Positions 1 through 10,087 of a DNA stretch of 10,989 bases are shown piece after piece. Origin of the DNA: Paraspadella gotoi (lineage: Eukaryota; Animalia; Chaetognatha); the NCBI GenBank assembly GCA_051294375.1, contig JBJCIZ010000691.1:1-10989 (forward strand). The letters run 5' to 3'. The position numbers were made by a program, and so were the translations under genes. The notes under the pieces are model-generated. The model ran no database searches. It was not told where the DNA came from and worked only from the letters and a program-made list of their open reading frames with translations. Each line of letters starts with the position of its first letter. The first letter of the stretch is position 1.

Positions 1-265
1 TTCGTCTTCTTGTTTGCATGTTGTAGTTAATTCGAGGTGTCGTCTCTGTTCAATCCCGGGTGTCTGAGGTGTCAAGTATTCCAAGTTTTCGCTGTTGTAA
101 GGTTTCCGTCAACTAGAGGCGAGAAAGCTAAGTCGTTTAGAGTCTCAACTCTTCTTATCTACGTTCGCTTTGAGAATTAACGGTCCATTCCCCCTTATGG
201 TTCTCGATTAATTTAACAACTTGAAAGAAAGGAAAATATATCCCGTACAATTATTAAAAAGATTC

Positions 266-560
266 AAAAAACCTGTTTTCATGTTATTGATTTGCTTTTT
301 TTCTTTATTTCAATTGTTAAGTACATTGGTACATTATTTTAATTAATTTTAATTATTTATTAGATTAGGATTAGTCAGTCATATATTAAGGGTCATTGTA
401 TCAATTCAGTTAATTTATAAGTCCAACGGCTATCATTGTTGGATTTGCATCAAGATAAAATGATTAATTAAATAATAATCAATAAATATTTAATTAATTA
501 ATATTATGATATATCATCGTCGCTTCGTCGCCTTAATTTCATCTCGTGTATTGTTTGTTT
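266..560 (+). repeat. Diverged 5' fragment of the same repeat family
   Basis: aaaaaacctgttttcatgttattgatttgcttttt (266-300) matches the reverse complement of ~6655-6695 (aaaaaacctgtttcactaattgattatgattcttt). Both are followed by ATTA/TCAA-rich tracts and then a TCG/CGT-rich patch. Confidence 0.5.
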
Positions 561-1057
561 TATGTGTAGTGATCTGACGTAAAGTACCGTAAAATATAAA
601 AGTTGTATAAATTAATGTAGTTTATATTATATGTAATTTAATGATGTATATTTAAATGTAATGTGAATTAAGGTTATGATTAACGCTAAAGAATCTATAA
701 GCAGGATCGCAGTATTGTTGGTGGGCTCAACTTGTTATTATTAGCAGATCATGCATTGTTTGGTCAAATTTTGATTTGAATTTGATTCAGGTTTTATAAT
801 AAGTTAGATCCTAAAAAGTATTAAATATTTATCATAAATGTGTTAGCAGTGTCAAAATTCTACTTTTTTACAACGTCACATGATTTCTCTCAATAAATAA
901 ATAAAAAGAATGTAAATGGATAAGTAGGAATTCATTTGGTGCAGACAACAATATTTGTTTTATTTTCATAGTCTGTCGACAAAACAAAAATTTTCATTGA
1001 ATTCCTTTAATTTCAAACGCAGCAAAAAGATATGCAGTAGGAAAAAATTATATATTG

Positions 1058-1205
1058 AAAAAAGAAAAAAAAGAAAGAGAAAGAAAAAAGAAGAAAGAAA
1101 GAGAAGGAAAAAAGAAAGAAAGAAAGAAGTAAAGAAAGAAAAGAAAGAAAGAAAGAAGAAAGAGAAGAAATTGAAAGAAAAAAAAAGAAAGAAAGTAAAT
1201 GGAGA
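1058..1205. repeat. Purine-rich (AAAG/AAG)n simple repeat
   Basis: ~150 bp of almost pure A/G. Confidence 0.95.
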
Positions 1206-2293
1206 AAATTAAAATAACACTAAAAAATGAGAATGGGCAGAAATGAAGAACTGACTTAAATTTTAAATAAAAGAAGAGAGCTTAAGATATGTTATATTAT
1301 TATGTTATAATTATATAAGTAAAGTGTACAGTATAAAATATAATCACGTATTAATAGAAAGAAAATTAATGAAGATTTTGTCACAGTAAAACTAACTTTC
1401 GTAAATTTTCGGCTGGATTTCCGATTTTAATGGCCGCGAGTTAGAATCTATTTGTGTCCACGATTTCAAGGATTCTTCAGTTCTCTGCTTTGTATTTTGA
1501 CGAGTTGCTGGCAAGTTGATCGATCTCGGGTCTGACGCTCATTAGCGGGGATAAGTTGTTTAAGTTTTAAGTGTTCTGTGTTTATTCTCTCTTAAAGTTT
1601 ATATATATATTGGTTATATTCCTTGACACGGAAAGAAGGTGATGAGATTTATATCTATTATTTGATATTCTTTAAGTCAATTCCCTTTTGTTCCTCTAGA
1701 GTTTTTCAGTTGCTTTTGTGTTAATTGCATAAAATATTAATTACTTAATCTCACCAGTTTACTATTATTGCGTTGGTTAGATTCAAATTATTGATTGGTT
1801 GCATGTTCTAGCAGATAGATTCGGTTTTTAATTAATAAATTTCGTCAATTTGCGGTAAAATGAGCTCTGGCTGATCTTGCAGACTATTTATTTATTCCCC
1901 TGTTATTTTCTGTAAGGTCTAGTTTAGAAAAAAAATGGCATTATATTATTTATTTATATTATTCGTTAATTTGTATTTAGTTTCATTGTGTTGTTGGCAC
2001 AAGTTAGCCTTTATTCATTACGTAGACCTTAGTCATTCTCGTATTTTTATATTATTTGTTAGAACGTTTATTCTATTTTTTTTTTATTATTTTTTTGACA
2101 GCTTAACGTTTCTTCTGATTATTGCATAAATTCTATAAGAAATAAAAATTATAGCCATCTATAAGTTAGTTTGTTTGCTTCTGTCTCGAATAAGATGTAA
2201 ATTAAAACCTTGTTTTATTTTAAAAATTCGATCGTTGGAAGCTGGGGTAACAAATGCGCTTATTACGAAGTCTCCTCCTCCTCAATATTTTTT

Positions 2294-2377
2294 TTTAGTT
2301 TGGATCTTGCTCTTTCAGCAGATTCCGACTTAAATTCACTTTGTTTGGTTCCGTGGTCCCGTCTCCCCTTATCTGTC
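2294..2377. repeat. GC-richer island homologous to 3441-3530 (dispersed direct repeat)
   Basis: Collinear shared blocks: tttagt..gg.tctt.ct, tccga, ctttgtt, ggttccgt(c)ggtc, cccct.atctgtc. Confidence 0.65.
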
Positions 2378-2430
2378 TTGTTCAGAGACAGTCTGTATTA
2401 ATTTGATAATATTAATTGCAGAAAAAATGA

Positions 2431-3040
2431 TGTCCGTTCGTCGTCCGTCATCGCCCGTGCTCACTTAGAAAAAGCTCCGATAACTCGTGATTGTGTGGTT
2501 GGATTTGGAATGGAAAATTTTGTGGTGCGGGTAGGGCAAGTGTGTGATGAAACTGGATTAATAAAGTTTCGCATGGAATCGTGCGAGTGGAATGAGTTTA
2601 AATTGAAAAACAATAAGTCGCATTTACTATAATATTTTTACTTATTTTAAACCAATATTACTTAATTAATCATAATTGGATGGTATGATTGAGTTGAAAT
2701 TTTTGGTGTGGGTAGGAAAGTGTGTGACGAGGCTTGATTATAAAGTTTCGGTGAAAAACGGCGAGTGGAAAATGAGTTTAAATAAAAAAAAAAAATATGA
2801 AGTCAGCATTTCTTGAATCTTTTTACTTATTTTACCCATAATTACTCCTCGAATTAATCATAATTGAATTAATAAGATTAAAGTGAAATTTTTGTGCTTT
2901 CGGTGTTAGAAATAAGTGTGTGTAGGTAGCTAGATATAAAGTTTTTGTACTGGACATTGTGCAGTAAATTGAGTTAAATGGAAATTATTTAACATTATTA
3001 GTCAAGCTCTTTTATTGAATTCTTTATTTAATTTATGATT
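2431..3040 (+). mobile_element. Non-autonomous interspersed repeat with three ~185-190-bp internal tandem units (DINE-1/HINE-like layout)
   Basis: A GTCC-type microsatellite remnant (tgtccgttcgtcgtccgtc) is followed by units anchored at gaaaattttg/gaaatttttg (~2513, 2696, 2885) and ataaagttt (2561, 2740, 2936). An inverted homologue is at 6187-6550. The repeat is seen directly; the family assignment and strand are inference. Confidence 0.7.
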
Positions 3041-3084
3041 ACTTAATTTAAATTGTTAATTAATGATATTAATTAATTTTAATG

Positions 3085-3320
3085 TGAAAATAATTGATGC
3101 ATTTTATAAAAATTTGTCAGTGATAAAATTATGCAGTTGTAAATAATTAATGCAATTTAAAAAATATGCAAGTTATATATAATATTATGCATTGTTGAAA
3201 ATAATGATTGTTCGAATTTGTAAAAATGATTATGTCCTATTTAATTGATAAAATGAATATGAATAAGTTTTGTAAAAAATGATGTTTGAGTGGAATAATA
3301 TGATGCGGAGTTGAAAAAAG
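3085..3320. repeat. Degenerate AT-rich ~20-bp minisatellite (approx. AAAATAATTATGCAGTTGT)
   Basis: atgc cores at 3097, 3131, 3150, 3166, 3187 and 3303, mostly followed by TT and an A-run. Confidence 0.55.
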
Positions 3321-3440
3321 ATTGCGAAGTTCAAATAAAATTCAAATAAATATTGTTGATTATTTATCTTATCTGATTTTGCTGATTACCGCTTAATTAT
3401 CTGGAGTGCAAGATCTTGACATTATTTGCTTCTAAATTGT

Positions 3441-3530
3441 TTTAGTCGGGTCTTACTACCAATACTTAGATCTTCTCCGAATCTATATTATCTTTGTTGG
3501 TGCGGTTCCGTCGGTCGCCCCTCATCTGTC
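3441..3530. repeat. GC-richer island homologous to 2294-2377
   Basis: Same collinear blocks as 2294-2377. Confidence 0.65.
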
Positions 3531-4189
3531 GGGTATTTCTACTTATATTCTATTTATGCGTGTAGCCGATCAATATTCAAATTTTAATTGGTAATAGCAT
3601 TAAAATCATTTATTGGTATTTAAGTTATTGTGTTAATTATAATTATTTTTTTCAAATAATATGTTCCGAACTCATTGTTAGTAATTCGTCTATTTCAATA
3701 TATTAATATATTGCTAATATAATGTCTAAAAATATTTTGTTATCTTTTACTCTTTTTTTAATTGATTTCTGATAGAGCTTTCAATTAAAGTTAAGTCAAA
3801 AAATTAATTTAGATTATGTTTCAAAATTTGTATGTTTTGTTTTCTGAAAATTAACAAATTACTGTAAATCATCGGATAATTGGTATTTGATTGTATTGAG
3901 TTCGGATGTATTTTTTCATGGTGTTCCTTCAGTTTACTCCCTTTTCCATGCAAATATTTATTTGAAAAAAGAGATGTATTATTCTTTGTGTATTACAATT
4001 TAATAGCTTACTAATCTCTTCATTATCATATATGTTAAAATATTTTTTTTTTACATTTTCTATTTATAAATAAATATTTTAAAAAATAATTATAGTGCTT
4101 CTAGCCATTTTTAAAAAAATGTTGGTTCATTGATAATTTTCTCGAGATGTATGTGAGTTTCAATGGTTTGAAGGTTCCAAATCATATAC

Positions 4190-4750
4190 TTCTTGTACCC
4201 GCACTATTTGACAAGTTCGCTCTAATATATGTCAGAAATCGAATTTGAAGTTTATAATTCGAATATAAAGTAACGATGTCGTTTCTGTGCGTGCGTATTT
4301 GTTAGGCATAAAACGCTCATTATCGTGATTGGATAGATCCTTGATTTGAAATAAATGTGTAGGTAGGTGATGTGTGATTGAGCTAAATCAAGTTTGGATG
4401 GAATGTTTGAGTGTAACTGATTAATCGATAAGAAGATTCTTAAAAGCTAAGGTTAATGTCTGATATCGCATTAAAAAAATGCTGGATTGAACAGATTTTA
4501 TACTGAAAGAAGATAGATGTTGAGACGAGAGATAGATTTAATTTATAAAGATATAAGAAATTATATTTTGTCGATTTGTCATTAATAACAAGTTTGAGTA
4601 ACAATGTTCGGTCGTGCTTACGATAATTATTTATTTAATCGATGTTTAATTTATTAATTAATTAATATTGATATTTGTTATGTATATTTATATTTCTCAT
4701 TATCTGAGATATATTGTTCTTGTAAATTGGGTGTAGGACTAGTTATTTTT
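4190..4750 (+). repeat. Older or related member of the same non-autonomous family
   Basis: ctgtgcgtgcgt microsatellite, then tcgtgattggatagatccttgatttgaaataaatgtgtaggtagg...atcaagtttg (4323-4396), paralleling the unit at 2485-2570. Boundaries (ttgtacccg at 4193; ctag at 4739-4742) are guesses. Confidence 0.4.
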
Positions 4751-5987
4751 AATGTTTTGTTTACATTTTTATAACAAACAGGAATTCCTCTATTTTATTT
4801 TATTTTCTCTTGTCTCTCTCTTCTCTCTGTCTGCCTTGTCCTTCTCTTTCTTCCTCTTTTTTGTTATGCATTGGTTGGTATCGATGCTTTGTTAATGTTT
4901 TAAGGATTGTTTATAATGTTGCCGTCATATTTTTCGTTCACTCGATTAAGGGTAGATTAGATTAATTAATTGAATAAGAACATTTGAAGTAGTTATTCGA
5001 TATAATATTAAAGAGTCCTAGAGTGATGTGTTTACTTATGTTTTCCAGTTTCTATTAGTCTTGTTTCAGCTATATATTTGTCTCGTCTCTCATATATTTA
5101 TATATTTTTATAGTTTTAATTTAGATATGTTTAAAATGCTTGTGTCAGCTTTTCTACGGCATGTTTATTTAAATATTTATCTAGGTTTTATTGTATTTTA
5201 GTATCTGTAGTTGTAGTGTTAATAGGATAAAAGTATTTAAAATAGGACTAGTAAGTTATATAAAGTGTGTTCTATTGTGTTGTTGCCTTGTGTATCTTAT
5301 GTATGGGTCGATTAGTATTAGGTTGAAATTACTAGAAGTTTCTCTCAAATAATAATGGTTAAGCGACTATTAAATAATATGAAAAATGAAAATAATTTTT
5401 TAAAAATTTTGCTTATCCAGTTTTTTTTTATAGATTTTCTGATATGGTTTAAAAGTTAGATAAAGGTTATTATACAACTTTTTTTTGTTTTTATTAATGA
5501 AATATTTAAAAAAAAATAAAATTCAGCAATAATGATGATGATATAATTTTTTTAAGGTTTTTTTTCTATTTTTTACAATTTATTTGTCAAATTTGAAAAA
5601 ATTATAGTCTAACTTTCATTTAACTTTTTAAGCTCTACTAAGAACCCGTTTTCTTTAAAAACACAAATTTTTAAAATTTTTTTTTGTCATTTGTTTATAT
5701 ATTAATAAATATTTTTAAAAAGTTGCGTGCAAACTAACCAATGAACTAAATTCAAAAGTTTACTTGAAAATCTATTTGGAGTAGAAGGAAAAAAGATTTT
5801 TTTTGAAGAGAAGCGAGAAGTTTATAAAAGTGTTCAATTTTGCCCGCCTTACTAGATATATTGCATGTGATTAACAATGTTATCGGAATAATAATTTTAT
5901 AAATTTTATGTATTTTGTAAGTTTTTAAGTATTTTGTATTAGTGTGAGTAAATTAATTTTTTATTCGCTATATTTTTTCTCGACTAG

Positions 5988-6150
5988 CTTCTTCTTTCTC
6001 TCTCTCTTCTCCTTCTCTCTCTTTGGCAATTGCAGACGATCCTCATGCTCATTTTTCTGGCTCTCGTCTCTTTCTCTCTCTCCTCTCTCTTCTCTCATCC
6101 TTCTCTCTCTTCTTTGCAATTGCGGAACGATCCTTATGCTCATTTTTCTG

Positions 6151-6183
<33 letters not shown>

Positions 6184-6185
6184 TC
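5988..6185. repeat. (CT)n-rich tract containing a ~90-bp-period duplication of a unique core
   Basis: gcaattgcagacgatcctcatgctcatttttctg (6026-6059) vs gcaattgcggaacgatccttatgctcatttttctg (6116-6150), each flanked by CT repeats. Confidence 0.92.
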
Positions 6186-6186
6186 A

Positions 6187-6700
6187 TAAATAATAGATTC
6201 AAGTAATGTGACTCATATTTTTTTCATTTAAATCTCATTTCCACTCGTAGGTTTCCACGAAAACTTTATATCAAGCATCGTTACAGCATTTTTCTAGCTA
6301 CACAAAAAATTTGAAACTCATCTATCCATCCAATTATGATTAATTAGAGTACTTATTGGTTAAAATAAGTAAAATATTTTAGTAATGCGAACTTATGGTT
6401 TTTTCCTCTTAAACTCACCGATTTCCGTCGAAACTTTATATCCAGCATTATCAACACTTTCCTACCCACACAAATTTCATTCCATCCCAACCAGCCAATC
6501 ACGAGTTTTTTGGAGCTTTTTGCTCCAGGTGGGACGGATGGACGGATTGATTGACTGATTTAATTAATTATTGAATTAATAATTGACTAATTGATTAATT
6601 AACGATTAAATTATTTGATTTATTAATACATCTGCATATACATTTAAATATAAAAGGAAAAGAATCATAATCAATTAGTGAAACAGGTTTTTTTTTTCCC
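6187..6700 (-). mobile_element. Inverted, truncated copy of the 2431-3040 repeat family (about two internal units plus 5' portion)
   Basis: The reverse complement reads tccgtccatccgtccc...aaaaagctccaaaaaactcgtgattggctggttgggatggaatgaaatttgtgtgggtaggaaagtg...ataaagtttcg...ttttacttattttaaccaata...aattaatcataattggatgg, collinear with 2440-2830. It ends at the (CT)n tract at ~6185. Confidence 0.8.
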
Positions 6701-6884
6701 ATTTAAGACACATTGAAAAAATGGTGGCGGTAACGTTACTGTTCCGTGGCAATAAAACTTCACTGTTCAATATTATTATATTTCTTTTTATTTTTTTTGA
6801 AATGTTTATAGTTTCATATATTGAATATCAAAAATGTCAATGCAAAATTTTTTTTGTTTTTTTAGATTATGATGAATATAAGGG

Positions 6885-7655
6885 TGAAAGATGATACAGA
6901 ATTATTTATTATCTAAGTTATGACTTTAATTAGATCTGGGAGCAATGGTATCTAGCTAAAGGTAGGTCTAACTAGTCTCTCATGCAGGGAAAAGAGGTAA
7001 GATGGGTAAGTATTATGGTAATAGGTAAAACATATAACAAAGGGATCAAGGGTACATAAAAGGGAGAGAAGGAGAGGGAAGGTTGCAGACCCCGAGACCG
7101 AGAGAGAAGTTGAACTAGTGAGTCCGATCTCCCAAGACTCTATCCGTGACTCTGGGGATGAGGAGGAGGGACGGCGAGGGAGGAGGAGGCGTTGAGAGAG
7201 GGAAGAGAAGGCCCGGGGGAGAGAGAGGTTCTGGCGGTAAGGTGAGCCTCTATCTTGTGCCCCTCTCTTGGTCGGAGACGCCCACTTGGGTCTTGAATGT
7301 CAACAGGTGGGCGTCGCCATCATCTTGGTGTGGGCTAGTGTGGGCGTGGAGTTCGTGGAGAAGTGGGGGCAGAGGCGGACGCCGGCCAGGTGTCAGGTGG
7401 ATTGGTGGGTTAGAACCGCGTTGTTAGGGGGGGCGGGAGGGGATGTCGTCCTTAGGTCCTCTAGAGTCGACGCCTTCATTGGTTGGTTGGGGACGTGGCG
7501 CTTGGTCGGAGAGGGCGGAACCGGAAGTCGCCTTGAGTCTCGTGGATCGATGGACGGAGGGTGGAAGGCCGAAAGGCATTGGTTTTTTTTTCGCCTTGAG
7601 TCTTAAGCGGGGTTGGCTTTGATGGTTCGTTTTGGGGAGGGGACGGAGGGTTACA
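6885..7655 (-). mobile_element. LTR-like / terminal-repeat-like GC-rich block
   Basis: The minus strand begins TGTAACCC at 7655. It has a GC-rich U3-like part with short direct repeats and several CCAAT, then a CT-rich tract, ATTAAA (6930-6925), AATAAA (6910-6905) and a candidate CA end at 6885. No target-site duplication or upstream polypurine tract was seen, so the left boundary is uncertain. Confidence 0.5.
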
Positions 7656-7750
7656 ATAGTTCGGGGGGAAGGAGAAGCACGCTACTTATATTTTTTTTTT
7701 AATGTTTTTTTTTTTTGTTATGAAAAATAAAAGTTAACCCAGTTTCTTTG

Positions 7751-8088
7751 AAATATTCAACAAGAAAAGAAGAGAGAAAAAAAATGTTGTAACTAACAAT
7801 TAACCATACTGTAAAACTAACAATTAAAACACACTACGAGATGATGAACCATACAATCTAAATATGAAACTATAAATGTTTCAATGATAATTCAAATTTG
7901 TTTTTTTAAATTTCTAAATTCGAAACTTAACGGGAAAAGACGGCAAAAAAAAGGTGTTGTACCTAGCAATAAATCATACTGTGAAACTAAGAAATAAAAT
8001 GCACTACGAAATGATAAACTCAGGATAAAATTATTAAACTAGAAGAAGGTTTCGAAGAAAGTTTAAAAACATTTCAAAAGTCGAAAGT
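7751..8088. repeat. Diverged tandem duplication, period ~170 bp, 2 copies
   Basis: tgttgtaactaacaattaaccatactgtaaaactaacaattaaaacacactacgagatgatgaac (from 7785) vs tgttgtacctagcaataaatcatactgtgaaactaagaaataaaatgcactacgaaatgataaac (from 7955). Confidence 0.88.
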
Positions 8089-8159
8089 AGGAAATTTAAA
8101 ATCCGATAACTAATATATTTATTTTCTGTAATTTAGACAGTAAAATAGAGAAGGGCAAT

Positions 8160-9040
8160 CTATGAAAAGATACCCTATTTCAAAAGCTGCAGCTTTAACA
8201 GTAACCAAAGAAAAAAAAATGTAAAAACAAAAAGGGGGGTAATGGGTTACACAGAAATGAAAGGGGGGAAGCAGTGAAAGGGAGAGCGCAAGAGATGCAT
8301 GAGAAGACGTTGGTCCCTTGGAGGTCGCTGCAGATAACCGCTATGAGAAAGATGTTGACGTTGATCGGGAGAACGTAAGAAAGACGGAGATTTTGCAGGA
8401 GAGTCGCCGAGAGAGGTTGAAGTCGGGAGAGGTAATTTTTTTTTGTTTTTATTTTTATGATTCGGGAGTCCGTATGAAGGGGAGAGAGAGAAGGAGAGCG
8501 TGGGATGGAAGGGGGGGAGGAGAGTAATGAGAGAGAGGCGCCATCGCCATCGCTATTGCCGGCGCCGTAGTCGTCGCCATCGTCGTCGTCGCCATCGTCA
8601 TCGTCATTGTCGTCGCCATCGTCGTCGCCGTTATGTCTCGATTCATAAGACCTAAAGGCAGACTCCATACCTAACTGGAGAGTAAAATTGAGAATTGTTT
8701 AAATGTCGATCCTTATTTAACTTCTTTTTTTTTTTTTAAACAGTATGGAAAGTGAGTTTGACTAAATCATTGTATTGTATTATTTTTTTTAGCTTTTTTT
8801 TTTAAAGTGAACATTTCGCAAGGGAACAAGGCAAAAAACGGGAGTAACAAGTTTGTTTTCAATACAGTTAACTTAAATAATTTTTTTATACTCAACAATA
8901 CTTAATATAAATGTACTGTAGATTCCATGGATGATGGTTGAACCAATGACTCGTCTTTTCGTTCCTAGGAAATGAGTCCAGGCAGGGAGAAATATCCTGA
9001 AGCTAAGAGATTTAATAGTGAAGGTTCAAGATCTTTAAGG
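8160..9040 (-). pseudogene. Degenerate tyrosine recombinase remnant interrupted by low-complexity sequence
   Basis: LLNLLASG..(shift)..AWTHFL (~9015-8965) resembles the N-terminal region of DIRS recombinases. KDR..(shift)..LQLGMESAFRSYE (Arg codon 8653-8651) resembles box I RDRxxLLLGFxGAFRxSE. IIKIKTKKNYLSRLQPLSATLLQNL (~8460-8390) resembles the catalytic-Lys strand region, and VKAAAFEIG (~8200-8173) follows. No clean HxxR or catalytic Tyr was found. Confidence 0.42.
8476..8632. repeat. Low-complexity tract: GA-rich run followed by imperfect (TCG/CCA/TCA)n trinucleotide repeat
   Basis: gccatcgtcgtcgtcgccatcgtcatcgtcattgtcgtcgccatcgtcgtcgcc; reads as poly-Asp/Gly on the minus strand. Confidence 0.9.
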
Positions 9041-9099
9041 GAATTCAATTTTCAAAATCAATCTAAAATATCAAATAATCAAGATTGATAAAACGGAAA

Positions 9100-9890
9100 T
9101 GAGATCAACGGAAAAACCATAGTAAAGCCACCTGGGAGTTGGGAAGAGTAAACAAAAGCGCAAAAGAGAAATGGTGCAAGAGGGCAAGCGTCATATGTGA
9201 AATTTTTTGCGGGCAAAAAAAAAAGGGTTTCATGCCAGAGTAGACGACTAAATTTTCAAGATAAGTTGTTGGTGGTTTCAGAGAAGGGGGCAAGTCATTA
9301 AGTCAATTAAGACACCAGCCATAACGAGAACTTAAAAGACGCTTGAAGGGTATGATTTGGAGTGTTAGAATTTGGTAAGGTTTTTGGGTTTTGTTTTTGG
9401 AGGGGAGTTTTGTTCGAGTTTTCATATTTTTGAAGCATCAGAAGGGAAGGGAGGCAATCCTGCTGGTTTTAGTACATTGAGTTAATCATTGTGTTCACTT
9501 ATGGCTGCACGCGCTATTTTGCTCTCATTCCAATCCCCCCCATCCGGGTCCTTCAACTTGTTATTTATTGTCAACAAGGGGGCTCCAATGAATTTTTGTA
9601 AATCCCACTTAAGGGTAAGGCTTTCAATATTCTTTCCCAGGTTTTCAAAACAACAAAGTATAAGTTCATCCCTTTGAACGTTTAAGTTTCTGAAAGGGTC
9701 CTGATAAACCCTTCCTCACTCATCGCTTTGGTAATGGAATGAAATGAAATGAATCCTAGTCAAATTTTATAAGCCACTGCCCTGTTCTTCATGAATTAAC
9801 CTTGCGCGACAGATTTGTGTATTTTGTTTGGAAAATTTTTATATCTAAAACAAGTGGTTCACGGATCATATAAGTTGATGTTAATTTCAT
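9100..9890 (-). pseudogene. Degenerate reverse transcriptase/RNase H remnant, DIRS-like
   Basis: One minus frame (9890-9684) reads ...REPLVLDIKIFQTKYTNLSRKVNS*RTGQWLIKFD*DSFHFIPLPKR*VRKGLSGPFQKL, resembling DIRS RT RPILDL...GDWMxKLDLKDAYFHIPI...GLSxxP. After a shift (from ~9680): VQRDELIL (YxDD position, degenerate), FENLG (LxxLG) and KFIG (FLG). FTYDAC at 9201-9184 lies where RNase H TDAS is expected. Motif order is correct but spacing is shortened, with stops and shifts. Confidence 0.5.
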
Positions 9891-10087
9891 GCTGGCGTTG
9901 TAAGATGTTGTTGGGGGTTGGGGACGCTGTTGGAGATTGATGTTTGCTGTTGGGCGTTGAAGTTGCTGTTGGTGCTAGCAAGGAAACCTAGCTGGAAGAG
10001 TTGTCCTCGTCATGGGAACTAATATGGGTGGTGACTGCGGCTCTACGATTCTGTGAATTTTTTTAAACTCCCTTATTCCCCGATGAA

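Noticed and set aside
70-150. Minus-strand peptide LNDLAFSPLVDGNLTTAKTWN, WD40-like
   Set aside because: A single short segment bounded by stops; likely chance.
955-1212. 85-aa Lys/Glu/Arg-rich ORF
   Set aside because: Translation of an (AAAG)n simple repeat with a non-ATG start.
1935-2401. Plus-strand ORFs 1935-2129 and 2210-2401
   Set aside because: T-rich compositional ORFs with no domain signal.
2431-3320. Periodic repeats as a CRISPR-like array
   Set aside because: Units are contiguous diverged tandem repeats without unique spacers, the context is eukaryotic, and no cas genes are present.
5810-5855. Possible Helitron 3' end (gcccgccttactag)
   Set aside because: CTAG is present but there is no convincing hairpin or identifiable 5' end.
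5944-6189. ORFs on both strands (Leu/Ser-rich and Glu/Arg-rich)
   Set aside because: Products of the (CT)n tract.
7146-7606. Two Gly-rich plus-strand ORFs
   Set aside because: Stop-poor G-rich LTR-like sequence, non-ATG starts, no recognisable domain.
8318-8646. ORFs 8318-8527 (+) and 8455-8646 (-)
   Set aside because: Alternative frames of the trinucleotide and GA low-complexity tract.
9449-9592. LNVLKPAGLPP and IGAPLL resemble PIF1/Helitron helicase motifs (LNSLxPSGLPPH..LKxGAP)
   Set aside because: They occur in the reverse order, no Walker motifs are nearby, and the context fits RT better.
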